From an uncultured Alteromonadaceae bacterium (GTDB lineage Bacteria > Pseudomonadota > Gammaproteobacteria > Pseudomonadales > Halieaceae), in NCBI GenBank assembly GCA_964412695.1, contig CAYPPU010000006.1, forward strand, positions 14,109 to 78,108: DNA of 64,000 bases, given 5' to 3'. Position 1 is the stretch's first letter; every line of letters begins with the position of its first letter. Below, piece after piece: positions 9,630-18,434 of this stretch. Below the pieces are notes generated by a model that ran no database searches, was not told where the DNA came from, and saw only the letters and a program-made list of their open reading frames with translations. Position numbers and translations under genes: made by a program.

Positions 9630-11042
9630 TTACGGGCTGGGTAATGCCTGCGATTGCTGCTGTAAGTACGCAGACAAAGCATCGCGCTCGGACTGGGTTT
9701 CCTGAGTGCGTTTGAGTAAATGGGTGGGTCTGGGCGTGCGATCAAGGAAGAACGCACCTGTAACTTTGTCGGCCTCCGAGGCTCGGGCTAGCCAAACAAT
9801 GGTATCAGCCCCTTCCTCGGCATTTCGTAGCACCCGGCGGGTGATCTTATGGAAACCGGGTAGTGAACTACGGACCCCCGGCGTATCTGCCCAGCCAGGA
9901 TGCATGGCATTGACCACAATCCGGTCATCGGCCCAGCGTTGTGCCCATTGTTCCGTCAATACCGTGAGTGCGCGCTTGGCCCGGGCATAGGCAACGGCGC
10001 CCTGATAACGCGCGGGCGACATTTGTAAGCCTTTTATACGGAGTTGCTCGGTGTACATGCCGCCTGAGACCACATTGATCACGCGCGCCGCCCGGTTGTG
10101 ATTAGCTAGCAGTGGATGCAGTCGCAGTGTTAACTGCCAAGGACTCAAGAGTAATAGGGCAAAACTTTGCTCGATTCCCTCGGCCGTGAGTGCATAGTCA
10201 TTAAACAAGGCACCTGCATTATTGATTAACACGTCTACGGGCTTGCCACGCTCGAGCAATCGATCAGCCAGTGCATTGACCTCGGCGATTAACGAGAGGT
10301 CGGCGCATTCCACGGTGAAATCATCGCGGCCGGTGATGTTTATCAAATCCGATAACACTTGGGCTTTGCGCTTCTCATTGCGGACCACAAGTGTGAGATC
10401 AGCTCCAGCAAGCGCCAATGCCTTGGCCGTAGCTAAGCCCAGTCCTGAATTGGCCCCGGTAAGCACTACGTGTTGGTTATCCATGAATCGGCTCATTGGG
10501 TTCCAGCGGCGCCTGCCTTGCTGGTACCCACGGCGGGTAAATTGCGTCAAGTGCGGCAAGACCCAGCGCTCCTGCCAGGTTTCGCGCGCGGGCATTTCTG
10601 GTGCCGGGTAATTGTCTTTTAGAGCGCGACGCAATCCGCGCAGGCTGGCAGCGCCCATGCGCTTTAGCCCGTTCTGGAAGTGGGACTCCAAGTGCGATAG
10701 CGCCTTTTTGAACCTAAAAGTGGCCCGATAATCGATATGGGTGCCCTCAGCAACCTCGGAGAAAACGATGGTGTCTTCGATGTCAAAGAAACGGCAACGG
10801 CCTTTCAATACTAAGCTGTGCCAGGGTTGAAACTCGGTGATGGTGTAATCGATATTGATACTGCCAGGACCGATGGCACAGGTAACGCGGAAGCGGCTGC
10901 CCACACCCACGGGACCGCGAGAGATTTGTTCCGCCGCTATGGCGGTGGAGTCCCATTCGACCGTGGTGCTAAAGTCGGCGACGTAGCGAAAACAATCCTC
11001 GATGGATCGCGCGACGCTAATCTCCTCGTGCAGGGTTGTCAT
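9630..11042 (-). CDS. SRPBCC/polyketide-cyclase domain fused to a DHRS12-like SDR oxidoreductase
   Basis: N-terminal ~140 aa START-like domain (FRYVADFSTTVEWD). C-terminal SDR motifs TGANSGLG, NNAG, SSGG-like VSGGMY, YARAK, MHPGWADTPG. Confidence 0.82.
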   Translation of the reverse strand: MTTLHEEISVARSIEDCFRYVADFSTTVEWDSTAIAAEQISRGPVGVGSRFRVTCAIGPGSINIDYTITEFQPWHSLVLKGRCRFFDIEDTIVFSEVAEGTHIDYRATFRFKKALSHLESHFQNGLKRMGAASLRGLRRALKDNYPAPEMPARETWQERWVLPHLTQFTRRGYQQGRRRWNPMSRFMDNQHVVLTGANSGLGLATAKALALAGADLTLVVRNEKRKAQVLSDLINITGRDDFTVECADLSLIAEVNALADRLLERGKPVDVLINNAGALFNDYALTAEGIEQSFALLLLSPWQLTLRLHPLLANHNRAARVINVVSGGMYTEQLRIKGLQMSPARYQGAVAYARAKRALTVLTEQWAQRWADDRIVVNAMHPGWADTPGVRSSLPGFHKITRRVLRNAEEGADTIVWLARASEADKVTGAFFLDRTPRPTHLLKRTQETQSERDALSAYLQQQSQALPSP

Positions 11043-11106
11043 GGTGAAGCGCTTCTGAGGGTTTGTCAGAGTTACGCGTCAGTGAGATAGGCGGTTCACT
11101 TGCCCT

Positions 11107-11451
11107 TTATTCGTCATCCCACACTGTGCGCAAGGGTTCCCCAAAATCGTCATATATAACGCGCTTACGGAGTTGGGGTTTGCGACCGCGGCGGACGCTC
11201 GCGCGCGGCTTTGTTTTTATCGCCCGGCGGGCATTGAGCTCGGCGAGGACGTGATCTAGCGGAGTGCGAGATTTCTTACTATCGGTAAATACCGGAACGG
11301 GCGGGGTGGCTCCAGTGGGTTCTAGAGCCGTTTCGCCTTGGTTAATTTCGCTGATTTCACCGCCAGACGCGATGAAGGCATCAATATCCCGATCAAGCCG
11401 TGCGCGTAGCTGGGCTTTGGTGGGTGGTTTTTTGAAGCCAGAATGGGTCAT
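11107..11451 (-). CDS. Conserved hypothetical protein with a SutA-like RNAP-binding segment
   Basis: TKAQLRARLDRDIDAFIASGGEI resembles the SutA core helix. Basic C-tail ends IYDDFGEPLRTVW. Start moved to the ATG at 11451. Confidence 0.6.
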   Translation of the reverse strand: MTHSGFKKPPTKAQLRARLDRDIDAFIASGGEISEINQGETALEPTGATPPVPVFTDSKKSRTPLDHVLAELNARRAIKTKPRASVRRGRKPQLRKRVIYDDFGEPLRTVWDDE

Positions 11452-11581
11452 AACCCTAAAGTATAGGACTGTGCGACGACGTTGATAAGCCACAAGCCTC
11501 GGCAGAAGTTGGCGTTTCAGCCACCCGTAAGCCGAGGATTTTTGGTTTAATGGCGGCTCGCAAACAGGCGGGAACTGGGTT

Positions 11582-12682
11582 TTGTTGATCACCGGGGCAA
11601 TTTTATCGGCAGTGCTTATGGCAGTTGTGCTTTGGGGCAGGCAGCTGTCTGGCGAGGACCTTCGGCGCTATGACCAAGGGCATCCACAACCAGTAGCCGG
11701 CGAACCCCCGAGCGCTGCGACGAGTGCAGTGGATGAGCGCGTTCGCGCCTTTGGTTTGGCAGGGGAGTGGAGCAAGGCCCGCAAGCGCAGCTTAGAAATC
11801 TTGCGCGCTGAGATGGATCAATTGGGGACCCAGTCGCCCATTCTCTCTAAACGCATTGCCGTGGATGATGGCGTTGTCCGGGGCGAGTGGCTCATTCCCA
11901 ATCCCTGTGACACGCGCCGACGCTTGTTGTATGTGCACGGGGGAGGCTTTTCCCGAGGCAGTCTTACAAGTCACCGCATGATTACCGACGGCTTGGCACA
12001 AAAAACCGGCATGGCGGTGTTTGCCCTGGATTATCGGCTGCTGCCTGAGGCAACCCTTGAAGATGCCTACGAGGATGTCATGACCGCCATGTTGTGGCTT
12101 TCTGGACAGGGACCTGAGGGTGTTGAAGAGGCCGTAACGCTGGTGCTGGCCGGCGATTCGGCTGGCGGCAATCTGACATTGGGGTGCTTGCAACGCGCCC
12201 GTGATGGCGGATTTCGCTGCCCTGATGCGGCAGTGGCGCTCAGCCCGGCTGCGGATCTCACTATGTCTGCGCCCTCTGTTCTGGGCAATGCCGATACCGA
12301 TCTCATGTTAGGGCCACCACTCAAACCGTATCTGCGCTTGCACCGTTATCTGCGCAGTGTGGTGTCACGGCTAACCTTAAAAACATCACCGGCCGACGCC
12401 AAGTTTTCACCACTCCATGGTGATTTAGCGTCTCTGCCACCAACCCTAATACAGGTGAGTTTGACCGAAATGCTATTGGATGATGCCATTCGGTATCACC
12501 ATAAAGCGAAAGAGGCGGGCTCTACGGTGGCCCTGGAGACGTTCGCCAACATGGTGCACGTGTGGCCATTGTTCTACCCCGAGTTACCTGAGGCGGTCGT
12601 GGCTATCGAGCGGATTGCGGCGTTTTTGGTGGAGCAGGGGTGCGCGCTGCCCAGTGCCGAAAGAGGTGATTGCGCCGCGTGA
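11582..12682 (+). CDS. HSL-family alpha/beta hydrolase (esterase/lipase) with N-terminal membrane anchor
   Basis: HGGGF, DYRLLPE, GDSAGG, HVW motifs. TTG start uncertain. Confidence 0.88.
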   Translation: MLITGAILSAVLMAVVLWGRQLSGEDLRRYDQGHPQPVAGEPPSAATSAVDERVRAFGLAGEWSKARKRSLEILRAEMDQLGTQSPILSKRIAVDDGVVRGEWLIPNPCDTRRRLLYVHGGGFSRGSLTSHRMITDGLAQKTGMAVFALDYRLLPEATLEDAYEDVMTAMLWLSGQGPEGVEEAVTLVLAGDSAGGNLTLGCLQRARDGGFRCPDAAVALSPAADLTMSAPSVLGNADTDLMLGPPLKPYLRLHRYLRSVVSRLTLKTSPADAKFSPLHGDLASLPPTLIQVSLTEMLLDDAIRYHHKAKEAGSTVALETFANMVHVWPLFYPELPEAVVAIERIAAFLVEQGCALPSAERGDCAA

Positions 12683-13533
12683 GGTATTTAAGGTCATTGT
12701 TGGTTTTTCTGTGGATGGCTATTACCGTCATTCCGCTAGCAACGTTGATTGTGCTCTGCGCACCGTTGGTCAGCACCGATCGGCTTTGGTGGTGGTTTGC
12801 CCAGCCTTACCTAAAAGGCGCTATTAATGCTGCCAAGTGGGTGGGTGGTGTTAAATATCGTGTCTGGGGCGAATTGAATCTACCCGACCAAACGGCGGGG
12901 CATCGCATTATCCTTTGTCCGAAGCACCAATCGACCTGGGAGACGTTTTTCTTCCCTAGCATGATGCCTCAACCATTGGCCTACGTTTTCAAACGAGAAC
13001 TCTTGTACATCCCATTCTTTGGTTGGGCACTGGCTTTGTTAGATATGGTGCATATCGATCGCAGCGCTCGCAGCGAGGCCTGGGCAAAGGTGGCGACATT
13101 GGGTGAGAGGCTAATGGATACCGGTAAATGGATCATTATGTTTCCCGAGGGCACCCGCACCCCGCGAGGAGATAAAGGCATTTATAAAACCGGCGCGGCA
13201 CGGCTCGCCATTGCTACCGGCGCTAGCATTATCCCTATTGCGGTCTCATCGGGGCGCTGCTGGCCTCGGCGTACGTTTAGCTTCATTCCGGGCACTATAG
13301 ATGTGTCTATTGGTCCCCCCATGTCTGCTGAGCCCGACGAGTCACCCAACGATTTAATGCAGCGTGTTGAGCAATGGATTGAAGCCGAAATGCGGGTGAT
13401 CGATGCCGAGGCCTACGGCAATGCTGCGGCAATCCAAGCCCCCACTGCGCGCGTAGCTCCAGAAGCAGAGGCGCCAGTGGAAACCTCCAATGACAAGAAG
13501 ACAGTAGACCTAGGTACGGGGGAGACAAACTAG
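12679..13533 (+). CDS. plsC: 1-acyl-sn-glycerol-3-phosphate acyltransferase
   Basis: KHQSTWET and FPEGTR acyltransferase motifs. GTGA overlap with the upstream stop. Confidence 0.88.
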   Translation: MRYLRSLLVFLWMAITVIPLATLIVLCAPLVSTDRLWWWFAQPYLKGAINAAKWVGGVKYRVWGELNLPDQTAGHRIILCPKHQSTWETFFFPSMMPQPLAYVFKRELLYIPFFGWALALLDMVHIDRSARSEAWAKVATLGERLMDTGKWIIMFPEGTRTPRGDKGIYKTGAARLAIATGASIIPIAVSSGRCWPRRTFSFIPGTIDVSIGPPMSAEPDESPNDLMQRVEQWIEAEMRVIDAEAYGNAAAIQAPTARVAPEAEAPVETSNDKKTVDLGTGETN

Positions 13534-13588
13534 ACCGTATTGCCCTCTTTTTTTAACCAATAACAGCACGTATACGGAGTAGCGAAGC

Positions 13589-14305
13589 ATGACCATTCAA
13601 ACGCGGACAGTTGACTATCAACACGGAGAAGTCACTCTTAAAGGTTATATGGCTTGGGATGATGCAAATTCGCCCAAAGCGCCGGTGCTCGTTGCACCGA
13701 CCTGGGCCGGACGCACTGAATTTGAAAACCAGCAGGCTGAGAAACTGGCGGCGTTAGGTTACGTCGGGTTTGCTGTTGATATGTATGGTGATGGCAAATG
13801 CGGTAATGGCCCTGAAGAGTGCACGGCGTTAATGACCCCCGTGGTATCTGATCGCGCATTGTTGCAGGCGCGAATCGGTGCCGCACTGGATGCCGCCCGC
13901 GCGCAACCTGAGGTCAGTGACGGTCATGCTGCCGCAATTGGTTTTTGTTTTGGCGGTCTCTGTGTTTTGGATTTGGCACGATCCCGTGCCGACATAAGCG
14001 GTGTGGTGTCATTTCACGGTCTGTTGACGGCACCCGATAACCTCGAGGGCCAGAGCATTGCGGCCAAGGTGCTGGTTTTGCATGGCTATGAGGATCCCAT
14101 GGTTCAACCCGATGCGGTCGTGGCTTTTTGCGATGAGATGCGTGCTCGAGGCTGCGATTGGCAGGTTCACTCTTACGGCCAAACCCTGCACGCTTTTACC
14201 AATCCGCAAGCCAATGACCCCGACTTTGGCACTGTTTACAGCGAGGTTGTAGCGAATAGATCCTTTGAGAGCATGCGCGCGTTTCTCGCTGAGGTATTGG
14301 GCTGA
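13589..14305 (+). CDS. Dienelactone hydrolase family protein
   Basis: GFCFGG nucleophile, HGYEDP, HAFTNP. Confidence 0.9.
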   Translation: MTIQTRTVDYQHGEVTLKGYMAWDDANSPKAPVLVAPTWAGRTEFENQQAEKLAALGYVGFAVDMYGDGKCGNGPEECTALMTPVVSDRALLQARIGAALDAARAQPEVSDGHAAAIGFCFGGLCVLDLARSRADISGVVSFHGLLTAPDNLEGQSIAAKVLVLHGYEDPMVQPDAVVAFCDEMRARGCDWQVHSYGQTLHAFTNPQANDPDFGTVYSEVVANRSFESMRAFLAEVLG

Positions 14306-14925
14306 TGGGCTTTTATGATCGCCATATCGTCCCGCGGTTGGTCACCTGCGCCTGCGGTACCAAACCGGTCCTCAAACAACGTGAAAAAGTAGTACCGCGC
14401 GCTCATGGCACAGTGCTTGAGGTGGGTATGGGCGCGGGGCACAATCTCCCGTACTACGACGTAGCCAAGGTCAGCAAAGTGATTGGCGTGGACCCTTGCG
14501 AGACGTCGTGGGGTTTTGCGCAGGAGCGGGTTGCAGCGGTCCCTTTTGATGTGGAGTTCAGAGCAGGATCAGCTGAAGCGGTGCCGCTCGAGGATGATAG
14601 CGTGGACTCTGTATTACTGACCTATGCTCTGTGCACGATTCCGAATCCTCAAGCGGCGCTGGCTGAAATTTGTCGTGTGTTGAAGCCCGGAGGCGAGTTA
14701 GTGTTTTGTGAACATGCCCGCGCCCCCGATGCTGGCGTTTCCCGATGGCAGGACCGCATCAATCCGTTATGGCGCCCACTATTCGGTGGGTGCAATATCA
14801 ATCGCGACATTCCTTCACTGATCAGTGCAGCGGGATTTAAGATTGCCGAAATGGAGCAAATGTATTTGCCCAATACGCCAAAGATTGCGTCATTCAACGT
14901 TTGGGGCTCGGCAACGGCACACTAG
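14305..14925 (+). CDS. Class I SAM-dependent methyltransferase
   Basis: VLEVGMGAGHNL, LCTIP, RVLKPGG, FCEH, GGCNINRDI. TGATG coupling to the upstream gene. Confidence 0.88.
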   Translation: MGFYDRHIVPRLVTCACGTKPVLKQREKVVPRAHGTVLEVGMGAGHNLPYYDVAKVSKVIGVDPCETSWGFAQERVAAVPFDVEFRAGSAEAVPLEDDSVDSVLLTYALCTIPNPQAALAEICRVLKPGGELVFCEHARAPDAGVSRWQDRINPLWRPLFGGCNINRDIPSLISAAGFKIAEMEQMYLPNTPKIASFNVWGSATAH

Positions 14926-15008
14926 TCTCTTCACATCTCTGCCTGTCTCGTCAGTCTCATGATGAGAAGGCATTGACCTTTCGTGAGCATTTTTTCGGGA
15001 GAACCTTG

Positions 15009-16544
15009 ATGCACCGACCTGAAGTGAATTTCAATCTTGCGGCCCAGATCCTAAAGCAAGCAGATTTAAGCCATGACCGCCTCGCCATCGTTTTTGAAGG
15101 GCGGGAATGTAACTATGGGCAGTTGGCCGCTCGAGTGCGTCAGCTGGCTGGCTTATTGCGTGCGCGAGGTGTCAGTCTTGGCGATCGAGTGGGTTTTTTG
15201 GGCCTGAATCAGCCTGAGCTCATTGAAACGATGTTGGCGGCCAATACCCTCGGCGCCGTGTTTGTGCCACTTAACTTTCGCTTAACGGCGCAAGAGCTCA
15301 CCTTCATCATCGGTGATGCGGGCATTCACACGCTTATTGTTGACAGTGAGCTTGCGGCGGTTATCGAACCCGTAGCGACAGATCTGCCCTGTAAACATTG
15401 GTTTTGTGTCGACGGCGCTCAGGGTATTTTTGAGGCGCTGGAGCCCGCCATTGCCAACGCCGAACCTGTTGCCGACGCAGTGGAGCTAGGCGCTCATGAC
15501 ACTCTCCTGATTATGTACACATCTGGTACCACAGGGCTGCCCAAAGGTGCCATGTTGACCCATGGCAATATCATCTGGAACAACGTCAATGCTTCTTATG
15601 CCTTCGGCTCTAAGCGTACCGACGTCGGACTGACGGTGGCGCCGCTGTTTCACATTGGCGGCCTCAATGTCTTGACAATAAGCACGTTGCAAATGGGCAA
15701 TCCGCTGGTGTTGATGCGAAATTTTGAGCCAGGTTTAGTGCTTGAAAATATCGAGCGCTACCGAGTCACTCACATGTTTGGGGCGCCCGCGATGTATTTG
15801 TTCATGGCGCAGCATCCCAACTTTGAAACGGTAGATTTATCCTCTGTGGAAATGTTCATTGTGGGTGCGGCACCCTGTCCCGAGTCCTTGATTACGTTGT
15901 ACGGTGAGCGAGGTGTGCAGTTTTGCCAGGGCTACGGTCTGACGGAAACGTCTCCTTTTGGCTCATTTCTAGGTCCGGATAAGTGTTTAAGTAAATTAGG
16001 TTCTGCGGGTTTGCCGTCGGTGCTCACCGAGTTGCGCATTGTCGATTCTGACAATCGGCCGTTGCCAGCAAACGAGCGGGGAGAGGTATGTATTCGTGGA
16101 CCCAATATTATGAAAGGGTATTGGAATCGCCCCGATGCCACGGCCGCCGCGATCGATACCGAGGGTTGGTTTCACTCGGGAGACATCGGATATCTGGACG
16201 ACGAGGGTTTTTTGTTCATCTGCGATCGCGTCAAGGACATGGTGATCTCGGGCGGAGAGAATGTCTATCCCGCGGAGGTAGAGAGTGTATTGTTTGCGCA
16301 CCCTGCAATCAGTGAGGTTGCTGTGATAGGACTTCCCGATGAAAAATGGGGCGAGGCGGTAACTGCGGTGGCGGCGCTCAAGCCGGACCAATCCCTGACG
16401 TTAGATGAGCTTCGGACATTCGCCGAGGATAAGTTGGCGCGGTACAAGCTGCCCTTGCGGTTACACTTCGTAGAAGCCTTACCACGCAACCCTGCCGGTA
16501 AGGTACTTAAGTTTCAGCTGCGAGAACAATTCACTGAGAATTAA
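15009..16544 (+). CDS. Long-chain fatty-acid--CoA ligase / acyl-CoA synthetase
   Basis: YTSGTTGLPKG, QGYGLTE, HSGDIG, ISGGENVYPAEVE, LPRNPAGKVLK motifs. Confidence 0.92.
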   Translation: MHRPEVNFNLAAQILKQADLSHDRLAIVFEGRECNYGQLAARVRQLAGLLRARGVSLGDRVGFLGLNQPELIETMLAANTLGAVFVPLNFRLTAQELTFIIGDAGIHTLIVDSELAAVIEPVATDLPCKHWFCVDGAQGIFEALEPAIANAEPVADAVELGAHDTLLIMYTSGTTGLPKGAMLTHGNIIWNNVNASYAFGSKRTDVGLTVAPLFHIGGLNVLTISTLQMGNPLVLMRNFEPGLVLENIERYRVTHMFGAPAMYLFMAQHPNFETVDLSSVEMFIVGAAPCPESLITLYGERGVQFCQGYGLTETSPFGSFLGPDKCLSKLGSAGLPSVLTELRIVDSDNRPLPANERGEVCIRGPNIMKGYWNRPDATAAAIDTEGWFHSGDIGYLDDEGFLFICDRVKDMVISGGENVYPAEVESVLFAHPAISEVAVIGLPDEKWGEAVTAVAALKPDQSLTLDELRTFAEDKLARYKLPLRLHFVEALPRNPAGKVLKFQLREQFTEN

Positions 16545-16587
16545 TTGTAAGTCACCCGGGGTATGAGGGCTGGGTTACACTTCGCGC

Positions 16588-17283
16588 ATGACAACCGCCC
16601 GCTATTTTCCTACAGCGTTTGCTGCGCTGTTTTTGCTCGCCTGCACGGCTCCGCAATCTCAACGACCTGTCACGGAATCCACAGCAGTACCGCGTCCTGT
16701 GGATCTGTCGGGTCATTGGGAGGTGGACTACGCTCGCAGTGACAATATACAGCAGGAACTGAACACGTTGGCGCGGCAGTTGAGGCAGGAGATGGAGCGC
16801 CGAGCTCGCGCTGCTGAGCGTGGGTATTCGGTGTCAGGGGCCTCCATCACCTCTGGCCGCGATTTGCTAGCTTTAGCAGAGATGGCTGATTTAATCACCG
16901 CGTCTGAATTGCTCGATATCAGTCAGACAGACAGTAGCCTGCGAATCAAACGCGACAATAGCTTCGCACTTGTTTGCCGGATAGATAGGCCACCACCGGT
17001 CATCAGTATGAATTCGTTCGGCCAGGAACGCTGTGGCTGGGACGCGCATCAACTGTACTTTGATATCAGCCTACCTGACGGTTTGGAAATTCGGCACCGC
17101 ATAACTCGCGCCGCTTTGGGCAATGCGTTGGTGGTGCAGTCCGCGGTGTACTCGCCCACTGTCCAGGAGCCCTTCATCATTAATAAAGTCTTTACCCGTT
17201 ATGACCCTCAAAAAGCTGGTTTTCGCTGCACACAGACGTTGAGTCGTGGGCGGGTATGCACGACAGAGGCACCTAAGCCGTGA
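16588..17283 (+). CDS. Hypothetical lipoprotein
   Basis: 231-aa ORF filling the gap. Lipobox LLAC at about residue 19. DLSGHWEVDY motif. Paired cysteines. Confidence 0.7.
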   Translation: MTTARYFPTAFAALFLLACTAPQSQRPVTESTAVPRPVDLSGHWEVDYARSDNIQQELNTLARQLRQEMERRARAAERGYSVSGASITSGRDLLALAEMADLITASELLDISQTDSSLRIKRDNSFALVCRIDRPPPVISMNSFGQERCGWDAHQLYFDISLPDGLEIRHRITRAALGNALVVQSAVYSPTVQEPFIINKVFTRYDPQKAGFRCTQTLSRGRVCTTEAPKP

Positions 17284-18434
17284 GCTTATTTGTCACCATC
17301 ACCGTCATGCAGTCTAGTTGGCTGTTGGTCAAAAGGGCCGCGGTAGGCAGCGCGGTCATCATGCTCGCAGCATGTGCGGTACCCCGAGAGCCGGTTGTGG
17401 AGTCAGCAGTAGAAGCGACGGCACCTGATTGGCCAGCGCCTGTGCTAGAGCAATCACTTAAGACCAGTAGTGACTCATCGGAACTTGAGGTGGCTATCGT
17501 GGTTTTTAATCCCGGTATCGCTACGGGGGAAACGGATGAGGCACAGTACGCCTTACGTTCAGTAGAAGCACGGCTGCTAGCGGTCAGGTTACGCGAGGTC
17601 TTAACTGAATCAGGTTTCTGGGGTGCCGTGCGGGTACTGCCCACGGCAAATACTTTTGCTGACATCACTATCACCGCTCGCATCGAGCATTCCGATGGTC
17701 GTGATTTAGTGCTGCAGCTCAATGCCAGTGATGCGCAGGGTGGACTGTGGCTCGAGCGTCTTTATCGACATACCACGACTTTAGGGCATTATGATCAACC
17801 GTCTAAGCCTGAGCCTTTTGATGCCTTGTTCATTGCCATCGCCAACGATCTGGCTGAACGGGCGAGTGCTTTTGATGACAATGACTTAGCAAGACTCAAG
17901 CGGGTGACACAGCTGCGCTATGCCAGTGAACTTGTTCCCGATATGTTCGCGGACTACCTTGCAGAGGAATCGGGCACCTACGACGTGCAGCGATTGCCTG
18001 CGACCAATGATCCGATGGTAGAGCGCATTGCCCGCATCCGTAATCAAGAGGCTCTATTCATCGATACTGTTGACGAGCAATATGTGGATTTACGCGATAC
18101 CGTAGGTGCTACCTATAGGCTTTGGCAGCGATCTGCCTTTGAGCAGGCTGATTATTTGGAACAATATCGTGGGCGGGCCAGCGAGCGCACGCTAACCGCA
18201 GCCAGGGGCAGTTATGCCGCTATGCAGCAGGTCTACGGTACCTACCGTTCGGTTCGTACTCAGGAGCAAGATCTATTTGAACTGGCCACCGGCTTCGATA
18301 ATGAAACCGCTGATACGGTGATGAAGGCGGGGGATCGCGTGGTGACATTGGCGGGCACGCTGTCACAACAGTATGCAGAATGGCGACGTATTTTAGGAAG
18401 GATTCTTGTGCTTGAGAGGGGAGAGGCCAAGTGA
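17280..18434 (+). CDS. Hypothetical lipoprotein
   Basis: 384-aa ORF with lipobox LAAC. GTGA overlap upstream and TGATG overlap downstream. Alternative start ATG at 17307. Confidence 0.7.
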   Translation: MSLFVTITVMQSSWLLVKRAAVGSAVIMLAACAVPREPVVESAVEATAPDWPAPVLEQSLKTSSDSSELEVAIVVFNPGIATGETDEAQYALRSVEARLLAVRLREVLTESGFWGAVRVLPTANTFADITITARIEHSDGRDLVLQLNASDAQGGLWLERLYRHTTTLGHYDQPSKPEPFDALFIAIANDLAERASAFDDNDLARLKRVTQLRYASELVPDMFADYLAEESGTYDVQRLPATNDPMVERIARIRNQEALFIDTVDEQYVDLRDTVGATYRLWQRSAFEQADYLEQYRGRASERTLTAARGSYAAMQQVYGTYRSVRTQEQDLFELATGFDNETADTVMKAGDRVVTLAGTLSQQYAEWRRILGRILVLERGEAK

